From Octopus sinensis (taxonomy: Eukaryota), in the NCBI RefSeq assembly GCF_006345805.1, contig NC_043011.1, positions 7,068,001 to 7,132,000 on the forward strand: a stretch of DNA of 64,000 nucleotides, in the 5' to 3' direction. The translations under genes and the position numbers were made by a program. The notes below the pieces were generated by a model. It saw only the letters and a list, made by a program, of their open reading frames with translations, was not told where the DNA came from and made no database searches. Below, piece by piece: positions 52,593 through 62,977 of the stretch (position 1 is its first letter; each line of letters starts with the position of its first letter).

Positions 52593-52800
52593 TTTTATTT
52601 AATGCTGTAGTTTGATGGTTTTTAGACACAATACATTTTATCATTCTATGGTACCTCTCTGTCAGCTTTGCTGTCTGTCTAGAATTATGCTTGTCAAAGC
52701 TGGTTTTATTGTGGTTTTGGAATGCCAACATGATTTTAGAGACTGTACCTTTTGAAACATTAAACAATTCAAGTTTTAGTGACTGAAGATCCAACCATCT
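52593..52800 (-). mobile_element. Tc1-like transposase N-terminal fragment
   Basis: VSKGTVSKIM...KTS..KHNSRQTAKLTER...IVSKNH HTH-like peptide, cut by the hAT MITE. Confidence 0.6.
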
Positions 52801-52948
52801 GTGCTCCAACAGTTTGTCCTCTTTGGAAATCAGAAAAATCATGCATTTCAACTTATTTAAATATAAATATCATCAAAAAAAGGAACAAAAAAGACAGAGA
52901 GAGATATGCCATGAAGTACAAGGCTTACATAATGCATATGAATACATA

Positions 52949-54153
52949 CAGGGTGCGTAAGGTAATTTGAGGACATAACCCTTTTGGGGTCATTGCTGCA
53001 TTTTGGGGTAACCCTGTGTAATCTTTGGTTCAGAAAATGATAATGGCAGACACTCAGCTTGCTCAAGAAATGAAGAGGTATGCTGTTATTGTGGTTATAA
53101 AGGCTGAGCATAGTGATTTAGAAATATCTCAATTTTTTAAAGTTGCTAAATCTTTCGTCTACAAAGAAAAAGCATTCTAAACACTCTGAAATCATCAGAA
53201 CACCTGAATTTATCCAGCAAGTTCAACAGACCACTGATTACAATCCAAGAAAGTCCATGGAGTCAATTGCAAAAGATCTCCATGTGTCAGATGAAACAGT
53301 CAGAAATGTTATCCACGGAGACATCAGATATAAGTCTTATATGATGAGGAAGGGTCAATTTGTCAGAAAAGGCAAAAGAAAATCACTACATCAGATCTAA
53401 ATAGCTCTTAAACAAACTGAAAAATCCAGCAGATTTCATTTGGTTTTTCTCAAAGAAGAAAAACTTTGACTAAGGTCAAAAATTTAACAAAAGAAATAAT
53501 AGATGGTTATGTGTAGACCCTTCTAAAGTTCCAAGTGTTATGCATACAAAATTTTCTGCAATTATCATGGTTTTAGAGGTTGTCAGCAATGAAGGACATG
53601 TGATGCCTCCTTACTTCTTTCCACAAGGCCTTAGGGTTAACTCTGCTGCCTACACTGAGGTCCTGGAAACAATTATTAAGCCCTGGATAGACAGTGTACG
53701 CAATGGAAGGCCATATGTGTTTCAGTAAGACTCTGTACTATCACACATGGCTCTAGTAACACAGGAATGGATGGCTGAAATTTTTCATGATCCCATAACC
53801 CCTAATATTTGGCCTCCTAATTCCCCATATCTCACTCCATTGGACTATAACATGTGGAGCGTTGTTGAGAGAGCGGTCAATGAATACGCCCACAACACCA
53901 AAGATTCTTTGAAAGCAGCCATAATCAGAGTAATGTCCAAAATGAACAAACACTACTGGATTCTACAATGTAGATGATTTAGATCTCATACAGAAGCAAT
54001 TGTTGAAGCTGAAGGTGGCTTTATTGAATAACATTATAGAAAAGAAGGTTTATTTTTATCCTCATAGCTGTTTTTTGATAAATAAAGTTATCTGTTATTA
54101 CATATCTGTTTTTTATAAGCATAAATCTGTCCTCATATATCTTACACACCTAG
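52949..54153 (+). mobile_element. Degenerate Tc1/mariner-superfamily transposon, maT-like
   Basis: TIRs cagggtgcgtaag..gaggaca / tgtcctc..cttacacacc. Fragments SIAKDLHVS, SNEGHVMPPYFF, WPPNSPxLxPLDY, with stops and frameshifts. Confidence 0.85.
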
Positions 54154-54536
54154 AACAGTTTTGAATTTGTCATATTGTTACAAAAACAATATATCATCAT
54201 CATCATCATCATCGTTTAACGTCCGTTTTCCATGCTAGCATGGGTTGGACGGTTCGACCGGGGTCTGGCAAGCCAGGAAGCTGCACCAGGCTCCAGCCTG
54301 ATCTGGCAGTGTTTCTACAACTGGATGCCCTTCCTAACGCCAACCACTCCATGAGTGTAGTGGGTGCTTTTTAGGTGCCACCGGCACAGGTGCCAGGGGA
54401 GGCTGACAGCGGCCATGATCGGTTGGTGCTATTTACGTGCCACCAACACGTAGTGTTTCTTTCATTTGGTCCAAACCCTGTATGTGTGTGCAATTGTGAG
54501 TGGTTATAAATCCCATGAGTAAATTCCTCTTATGTG

Positions 54537-54579
<43 letters not shown>

Positions 54580-54580
54580 T

Positions 54581-55434
54581 CAGGGTGGTGGAAAGTAACT
54601 AGGCATTAGAAATTGCTTATAGAATTTTTAGTATCACTGAAGTCATGATACAAAGATTTTTTAAACAGACAAAACTAACGGGGATTTCTTATTTTCTTAT
54701 TGTCTTATTTCTTATTTTCCCGATGACCGGTCACTTGACTGTTCAGGAGTGAGCTAAGATAGCAGCACGCTATGAAGTGTAGAATTCCATTGTTTTGGTT
54801 CAGAGATTGTGGCATGAAAGGATAGGTAAGCATGCAACACTACGTCCGGATGCAGTAAAAAAGTTGTCATGCTAAGCTGATGATCACTGGCTCTGTGAAG
54901 GACGCAAGAAGTGGCCTTCCATCCACATCCCAATCAGCGGAGAACGTGGCAACAGTGCAGGGAATGTTTAATCGCAGCCCGCAAAAAAATCAACAGTTCA
55001 AGCAGCGAAGGAATGTGAACTAACAAGACACACAGTATGTACGGTGTTGCATAAAGAATTGAATTTTCGTCTGTGGAAACCCCATTATGTGCAGGAGCTA
55101 AAACCTGATGGGGTGATGCAGACCTCATTAATGGCCTCCAAGAAGTCAGATCTCCCTTCATGTGACTTTTACCAGTGGGGTTACACAAAAGATGTGCACA
55201 AGACAAAATCTTGCACACTGGAGGACTTGGAGACCCGCATTCAGGAGGTTCTCTATGATATTCCAGACGACATCCTTCAGAAGATTGTTCAACTGGTTGA
55301 TGCCACCAGTGCTTACGTTGAAATATGGAGATTTACTTTCATTTTCCCATGTCATAAAGAACATGTATCATTTGATTCAATAAATTTGTTAAAGGAATAT
55401 AGATTCTATTACCAATCTTTTCACCCACCCTCTG
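54581..55434 (+). mobile_element. Internally deleted Tc1/mariner-superfamily remnant
   Basis: TGSVKDARSG, LHKELN..WKPHYVQELKP, joined directly to SDLPSCDFYQWGY..TLEDLETRI. Decayed TIRs. Confidence 0.7.
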
Positions 55435-55464
55435 TATGTATGTATGTATGTATATATATATGTA

Positions 55465-56111
55465 TATATATATATATAAAACTGAGAATGTGTGTCTGTC
55501 TGTCTGTGTGTTTCCCTAAAACCTGAGAACTACACAACCAATTTCATTCAAATTTTACACATGCCTTACTTAGGGTCCATGTAGTTTCGTGGGCAAAAAA
55601 ATGTTCAACTTCTTGCCTAGGGCGAGCCCATAGCAATATCATATCTTCTCCAATATTGCAGTATTACGTGTTAAAAGTGAAACAAAAACATTCTCTATTT
55701 TATGTCAGATACTTTCACTTTAACAATAACAATTAGAGATAATAATAACAATTGAATTATATGTAGCAAGTAATAATTAAAATCAAACTAAAGTATAATA
55801 TAATCATAACATAACAAAAGTAAAAATAGCAATTGGTATAAAATTGCATCAATGATTTGAACTTGAATAAGTGGTTTCACATGAATGGGAATAAATTAAA
55901 AATAAAATTAGCATGCAGAAATGGAATAGTCCTACAATTCCAGTCTGTTATATATTTTCAGTATTGTTATCACTAGCGATATCAAGATATAACTTTGTAT
56001 TTTGTATTTTATGTGTAGATGTATATATATATATATAGATGTACATGTAATATGTACACATATATACATGCACTAGCACTATGACCCGTCAAAGACGGGT
56101 CATAATGCCAG
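55465..56111 (+). mobile_element. Non-autonomous Helitron/HINE-like element, second family
   Basis: TATATAAAA start with GTCT repeats, terminal 10-bp hairpin atgacccgtc/gacgggtcat, CCAG|T end. Confidence 0.55.
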
Positions 56112-56151
<40 letters not shown>

Positions 56152-57129
56152 CCAAATATATACGTTTTTATTATTATTTTGCAATTTACTTAAATCATCG
56201 GTATATTATTGTTATTTTATATCTAATATTTCTATTATATGTAATTTTCTGGATGGTGTAACTGAATTGCTCATTTTGAATTGATAAAAGGTGGTTTTTG
56301 TAATTTATATATATATATATAATATTTTGTGAAATTTGATTTAGTATTTCTAAATTGAATTTTTCCCTGTAAGTTAGGAATTATATTTCCTCAAATAATT
56401 ATTATATATATATATGCATTTGTGTTTATGTACATACATGCATGCATGTGTATGTCTCCCTGCTTGACAACTGATGCTGGACTGTTTATGGCCTTGTAAC
56501 TTAGCAGTTTCCTCAAAAGGAACTGATATAATAAGGATACAGAGACTGGTAGAATAGGGCCCACTGAGGTCAATTTGAGGGACAAACTTCTCTGACCCTT
56601 CACCATTCAGATTATTCTGTCAAATGTAATGCTTAATCATTTTGCATTAATCCTGCATTATCTCATAGCTTCGAGATTTTGATGATGTCATTGCATATTT
56701 TTAGAATGACATTGTAGGGTAGGTGTGAGAGGCTAGATCTGGCTGGATACGGTCAGTTGAAATGCTAAAAGATTAGGGGAGCACTCCAGCATGGTCACAG
56801 TCTGATGATTGAAACAAGCAAGAGAAACACAAAAAAAAGAAAGAAAAAAGAAAAAATATTAACGTAAAAGGCTAAGCTGTGTGGTCAAGAAGATCGCTTT
56901 GCAATTTCATGGTTTGGGGTTCAGTCCCACTGTATGGTACCACAAACAAGTAGTCTCTACTATAGCCCTTGGCTGACCAATGCATTGAAAATGAATAAGG
57001 TGCACAGTGCATGTGCGCATGCCCACGTGTGTATGCATGCATATATATCTTTGTATTTGTCTCTCGCTGCTCGATAACCAATATGGTTTATTCATTTTAA
57101 AGTTTATAGATTTTCAATAAAATTCAGAA

Positions 57130-57851
57130 CCAACACCGAAAGTTATGACAAATGCATCCATGTAAACAATACGATCGGACAAGCTGAAGAATCTGTGCCG
57201 CAGAGAGCTGTATTTAGATATGAATGGAGGCGCCCGAGTAAAGCGCTGGAGGGCCACGAGGAAGAGAAGGGACCCGCTTGTGTGAAAATAGGGGAGGAAG
57301 TCTGGGTTAAGCCACCAAAGGCGCGCTGTGCGTCTCAATGGAGCAGAGGAACGGTGACAGCGGTCAATTCCAGAAACAACGTCTCCATGGATGGAATGCC
57401 ATGACACATCTTGGACCTTCGCAGGATTGTCGCTTCGTTGGATGATGATTGTGGAGAGTGGGAGAATGAGGTGCTTGGCTTGAGAAGATCTCGATGTGCA
57501 AGGCGCCCTCCCGGTTGGATGGTGGACTATGACATGGAGCGGAGAGATTGTGATCTTTAAGATCAGGGTGGCATGTGGGATGACGTCAGCAGCTAGGGAG
57601 CTGACCGGAACTTGGGGCTGACCATAAGGGGCAGAAGGGACGCGCACGCAGGTAGGGCGGGATTCTGCCTTTTCGATCAAGGTCGCTGAGCGAGTAAGAC
57701 GGGACAGTGTGTTGTTAAGGTAGGGGCGAAGCAGCTGCTATTTCTAGTGTTCAGGTCGGGCTGTGTTGAAGGATCCATTACCGCTGAAAGGTCTCCGTCT
57801 GAGCGAAGAGAAGGTAGGTGCCCTTATTCCGAATCTCTCGCATACACCACA
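57130..57851 (+). mobile_element. Gypsy 3' remnant: integrase C-terminal region plus 3' LTR (57574-57851)
   Basis: VWVKPPKARC...WSRGTVTAVNSRNNVSMDGMP*HILDLR and RRSRCARRPPGWMVDY, then a purine-rich tract and the LTR. Confidence 0.85.
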
Positions 57852-58218
57852 ATTTTAATTATTAAATATTAATTTAATGATAAAAAAAACAAAAAAAAAA
57901 ACAAATAGGTAATGAGTTCTCACTCTTTCATCAATGCCGCATCCGACCCATTAACCCTACCTGAACACATTTTGCTTAAATCCCAACAAAGTTTAGTGGT
58001 GTAACACAACTGGAGAGACCAATTAATATACTAAATAAATTCCTGGTACCTACAGCCCTACGACTTAACAGTTTGACAAAGAGCGACCAATAGAATAAGG
58101 ACCAGACTTGAAAATAAGGACTCAAGTGAATTTGATCAACTAAAAAGAAGGCAGTGCTCCAGCATAGCCACAGTGAAACCAGTGAAAGTATCCCAACATG
58201 ACCCCCCAATCAACTCAC

Positions 58219-58399
58219 TTGATACACTCCAAATGGCTAAGTTGTACAATACAGAGATCCACATCATCGGCTTTATCCAGAATATTCCACAAAATCTCCA
58301 CTGTGCGAAGTAAAGGGTGTCCACCTGTGTCGTTGGGTGTGATCTGTGAGCAAAGGGTATAGGGCAGGTTTCCTTCCAGCATCTGATCACAGCAAGGCG
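58219..58399 (-). CDS. CFAP69: CFAP69 internal exon (most 5' exon found in window), xPCCDQMLEG...RTVEILWNILDK...QLSHLECI(N)
   Basis: tttcag acceptor and gtgagt donor, phase 1 to 2. Peptide resembles the recalled vertebrate CFAP69 segment LFRSSEILWNLLEK...QLSNLECL. Joins the next exon in frame. Confidence 0.85.
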
Positions 58400-58483
58400 C
58401 TGAAAATAAGCAGCAGAGAAATTATAAGGGAAGAGTAGAAAATTACTATTTTTAAATCTCACGAGAGACATTCAGCAACAGTA

Positions 58484-58869
58484 CTTTGTAGTAAAGATTG
58501 TTTGCCAACATAACATGGCAGTCCTGGTTTAGGACGAATGTTACTGTAATTTAGCCCCAGGAGACATCGTCTCCAGTTGGCTATATGACACGACCTGTGT
58601 CCTTATATTTTCAAACAAGGCAATCTAGTACCCCACCCAGCTCAAAACAATTATTCTGTGCTGATGAAGGGAAATAACCCAGAAATCGTGATACACAGAT
58701 ATTGTTTTGAGCTGAGTGAGGGTGCTAGATTCCCTTGTTCAAAAATGTAAAGACACAGATTGTGTCGTATAGCCAGCTGGAGACGATGTCTCCTGAGGCT
58801 AAATTACAGCAACAATAGTCCTAAACCAGGACTGCCATGTTATGTTGGCAAACAATCTTTACTATAAAG
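58484..58869. mobile_element. Foldback/MITE-like element with central hammerhead
   Basis: Imperfect inverted arms of about 175 bp from ctttgtagtaaagattg to caatctttactataaag. Confidence 0.75.
58655..58699 (+). ncRNA. Type I hammerhead motif at the tip of a foldback element
   Basis: UCUGUG-CUGAUGA-A-GGG AAAUAA CCC-A-GAAAU-CGUG-AUA-CACAGA. Perfect 6-bp stem I continuing into the long inverted repeat. Confidence 0.7.
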
Positions 58870-59392
58870 GAAGACAGCTTAGATATTCTTTTCTACTCTA
58901 GGCAGAAGGCTCGAAATTTTGTGGGAGGAGGCCAGTCAATTAGATCGACCCCAGTATGCAACTGGTACTTAATTTATTGACCCCCAAAAGGATGAAAGGC
59001 AAAGTCGACCTCAGCAGAATTTGAACTCAGAAAGGTAAAAACAGGCGAAATACCACTAAGCATTTCACCCAGCATGCTAACATTTCTGCCAGCTCACCGC
59101 CTTCAGTCAGATGAAATATTGTAAAACAGAGGTTATCAGTTGATTTTTTGTGGAGCTGTGGTGCATTGGAAGTTAAAATATTGATGGTGCGGTTTGCATG
59201 AGAAGTTAAAATCATTGGAGTACTTGGCATGGGGAAATGAGAGTCAGATCAAAATACTGGGTCTGATGATCCATCAGATGGCTTTGGGAAGCCGTATTTT
59301 TAACACAAAAGTCTCTTTGGGATGTTTCTCAGAGACAGACTATTATAGCCAGTGCTGTTCCATGTGTGTAAAACATCTTATAAATGTGTATA

Positions 59393-59555
59393 GGCGCAGG
59401 AGTGGCTGTGTGGTAAGTAGCTTGCTAACCAGCCACATGGTTCAGGGTTCAGTCCCACTGCGTGGCATCTTGGGCAAGTGTCTTCGGCTATAGCCCTGGG
59501 CCGACCAATGCCTTGTGAGTGGATTTAGTAGAGGGAAACTGAACGAAGCCTGTCG

Positions 59556-59599
<44 letters not shown>

Positions 59600-59805
59600 A
59601 TTGTGTGTCTGTGTTTGTCCCCCTAGCATTGCTTGACAACCGATGCTGGTGTGTTTACGTCCCCGTAACTTAGCGGTTCGGCAAAAGAGACCGATAGAAT
59701 AAGTACTGGGCTTACAAAGAATAAGTCCCGGGGTCAATTTGCTCGACTAAAGGTGGTGCTCCAGCATGGCCACAGTCAAATGACTGAAACAAGTAAAGAG
59801 AGTAA
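59393..59805 (+). mobile_element. SINE family 1, full length
   Basis: Colinear with 5609-6010. Confidence 0.85.
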
Positions 59806-60331
59806 CACAGGTATTCTAATCTATTGCAGTTTCAAGCACAGGTAGGTCCTATTCATGTTCACCTTTTCCAACATTCTAAACGACCTGGGAGGGCTTGTAC
59901 CCTCTGTTGCAGCCATTAAGTAGATGACTAGATTTGTGATGGATACTAGAGTGGTTTCCTATTGTCTTCTCCAGGCAGGTGGGATTTGAACTTAGAATGT
60001 AGAAAGCTGGAAGATATACTGTAAAACATTTCTCCTGGAATCAAAAACCTCTGATTTAATTTTCACCTGACTAGCTTTTGTACAAATCAGTAAATGTTAA
60101 GTTTACTGATTTCTATAACAGAACAAACATTTTCAGCTTAGCTCAGAATGTCTGCGATATTCATCACTGAAGGGAGCAAATCATTTCAAAACACTGTGTC
60201 TGGTAGTCCACCAGTGTTCTGAGAAAGGCCCTTGTTTATTTGGCACAAAAGAGCTTCAACAAGTTTCTCTCAAACAAAATATTATGGCTACTACAGTTTC
60301 ACATTTATACTTTATTCTGGGTTTTTCATCC

Positions 60332-60502
60332 GGTGCAGGAGTGGCTGTATGGTAAATAGCTTGCTTACTAACCACATGGTTCCGGGTTCAGTCCCTCTGT
60401 GTGGCACCTTGGGCAAATGTCTTCTACTATAGCCTCGGGCCAACCAAAGCCTTGTGAGTGGATTTGGTAGACGGAAACTGAAAGAAGCCCATTGTATATA
60501 TG

Positions 60503-60535
<33 letters not shown>

Positions 60536-60850
60536 TTATTTGTCTGTGTTTGTCCCCCCACCATCACTTGACAACCGATGTTTACTGATTTCTATAACAG
60601 AACAAACATTTTCAGCTTAGCTCAGAATGTTTGCGATATTCATCACTGAAGGGAGCAAATCATTTCAAAACACTGTGTCTGGTAGTCCACCAGTGTTCTG
60701 AGAAAAGCCCTTGTTTATTTGGCTGGTGTGTTTACATCCCCGTAACTTAGCAGTTCAGCAAAAGAGACTGATAGAATAAGTCCTAGGCTCAACTAAAGGC
60801 AGTGCTCCAGCATGGCCACAGTCAAATGACTGAAACAAGTAAAAGAGTAG
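60332..60850 (+). mobile_element. SINE family 1 carrying a 144-bp insertion
   Basis: Colinear with the family consensus except 60580-60723. Confidence 0.85.
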
Positions 60851-61054
60851 CTACAATGATGAGTGTTTCGGTTGATTCAATCAACAGAACAGTCTACTCA
60901 TGAAGTTCTCAGGTAATTACACCAAATATAACGAGGCTGACCCATTGAAATACAGGTGCTCTTTATTTTTGCCAGCTGAGTGAAATGGAGCAACATAAAC
61001 TAAGGTACATTATTTACATTTGATGGACATTTGTCCTCATCTTGTTTGTTGTTA

Positions 61055-61098
61055 ACACAACGTTTCGGCTGATATACCCTCCAGCCTTCATCAGGTGT
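61055..61098 (-). ncRNA. Minimal type I hammerhead motif, left arm of palindrome
   Basis: ACAC-CUGAUGA-A-GGCUG(10 nt)CAGCC-GAAAC-GUU-GUGU. All core residues canonical. Confidence 0.75.
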
Positions 61099-61393
61099 CT
61101 TGGGGAAATTTCAAACCTGAATTCTCATTCCTAAGGTATTTTTCGATATTATTATTATTATTATTAATATTATTATTCATGTCACTGCCTGGAATCGAAC
61201 TCAGAATTTTGGGGTTAGTAGCCTGCGCACTTAACCACTACGCCATATGCCCATGGGCATATGGCGTAGTGGTTAAGAGCATGGGCTACTAACCCCAAGA
61301 TTCCAAGTTCAATTCCAGACAGTGACCTGAATAATAATAATAATATCAAAAAATACCTTAGGAGTGAGAAACAAGGTTCGAAATTTCCCCAAA

Positions 61394-61437
61394 GCACCTG
61401 ATGAAGGCTGGGGGGTATATCAGCTGAAACGTTGTGT
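61394..61437 (+). ncRNA. Minimal type I hammerhead motif, right arm of palindrome
   Basis: GCAC-CUGAUGA-A-GGCUG(10 nt)CAGCU-GAAAC-GUU-GUGU. The stem differences from the left arm are G-U wobbles. Confidence 0.72.
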
Positions 61438-61680
61438 TAACAACAAACAAGATGAGGACAAATATCCATCAAATGTAAATAATGTAAATAATTTACATAA
61501 TTCCTCGTCCTTTAAATATAAAGCTATAAAATAAGGCGCCTTGCTCCAGGACATAAACTGCTGGGGATTGAAATCCTGACCTTACAATCATGAGCCGAAT
61601 ACACTAACCACTAAGGCATGTGCCTTCACATATTCTTTATAAATGTATATATAATACATGGGTATTTTAAAGGTCATTTT

Positions 61681-61958
61681 TGTGGGATGACGTCAGCAGC
61701 TGGGGAGCTGACCGGAACTTGGGGCTGACCGGAAGGGGCAGGAGGGACACGCGTGCAGGTAGGGCAGGATTCTGCCTTTTCGATCGAGGTCGCCGAGCGA
61801 GTAAGACGGGACAGCGCGTTGTTAAGGTAAGGGCGAAGCAGCTGCTATTTCTAGTGTTCGGGTCGGGCTGTGTTGAAGGATCCATTACTGCTGAAGGGTC
61901 TCCATCTGAGCGAAGAGAAGGTAAGTGTCCTTATTTCGAATCTCTCGCATACACCACA
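61681..61958 (+). mobile_element. Gypsy-type 5' LTR, 278 bp, TGTGG...CCACA
   Basis: TG..CA ends with a 5-bp inverted terminus, followed by a PBS-like tract and gag. About 93% identical to 57574-57851 by eye. Confidence 0.9.
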
Positions 61959-61993
61959 AGCTATTTCGGTGCCCCATATAAGACGTCACCACG

Positions 61994-62977
61994 ATGGCAG
62001 CGAAAATTAGGATCGCCAGCAACATTATCAGACCCTTTAATGGTGAAGGCGATGTAGTGGCCTGGATGCGTAAAATCAGACTGGTGGCAAGACTGCAAGG
62101 TATAAGCGATGTGGCAAGTCTTATGGTGCTGTATTTGGAAGGGAGCGCGTTGACACTATATCTTGAGATGGACGAGGAAGAACGTCTGAGCGAGGAAAAG
62201 ATAGAGCAACGTCTGAGGGATGCCTACACAGAGTGTGAATACACAGCTTTTGCTAAGCTGGGTACGATTAGATGGACGGGAGGACAGGTGGACGAATACG
62301 CGGCAGAAGTTCGAAGGTTAGCAATGCTGGCTGGGTTTACAGGAGAAGGGCTGGAGAGAGCAGTGCGACTGGCATTCGTAAATGGGTTCCCCGACGATGT
62401 AGGGATTCACCTACAACAATTGCCTGGGAGTAAAAAGATGGTGCTGAGCGAACTTGTGACTCAAGCCCGCATGTTGACGCGACACGCTGGGCGGAAGGTG
62501 ATAGCGATGGCGGTGACGGAGGTGCGTAAAGACGGACGACGGCCGGAGAAAGATGTGCAGAAGCCTGCCGTGCAACGATGCCGGCCGTTCTCAGGTCGGT
62601 GTTTTAGATGTCAGGGGTCGCACCTGGCGAGGGAGTGTACAGTACCTATTTCTTTATTACCCACAAGGGGCTAAACATAGAGGGGACAAACAACGACAGA
62701 CATAGGTATTAAGTCGATTACATCGACCCCAGTGCGTAACTGGTACTTAATTTATCGACCCCGAAAGGATGAAAGGTAAAGTCGACCTTGGCGGAATTTG
62801 AACTCACAACGTAACGGCAGACGAATACGGCTACGCATTTCGCCCGGCGCGCTAACGTTTCTGCCAGGACCTGTTTCCTATCGATGCAGGCAGACAGGGC
62901 ACATCACCCGTGATTGCGACCAGGGAAACGACCGTGGGGAAGTTGCTGCATCTCAAACTTTCTCTGCAAACAATTAG
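61994..62977 (+). mobile_element. gag: Gypsy gag with two zinc knuckles, split by a SINE at 62648-62864
   Basis: CFRCQGSHLAREC, then (S)YRCRQTGHITRDC once the SINE and one 8-bp TSD copy (cagtacct/caggacct) are removed. The frame then runs to TAG at 62975-62977. Confidence 0.85.

Larger units (their letters stand above)
61006..61486. mobile_element. Palindromic element: two head-to-head units of tRNA-like head + (AAT)n + hammerhead
   Basis: Spacer-less centre GCCCA|TGGGC at 61253/61254. Arms about 248 and 233 bp. A box TGGCGTAGTGG on both arms; B box GAGTTCGATTCC (left) and AAGTTCAATTCC (right). Confidence 0.8.

Noticed and set aside
61254-61327. tRNA gene
   Set aside because: Has A/B boxes and an anticodon-like loop, but the acceptor and T stems do not pair. 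It is a tRNA-derived head.
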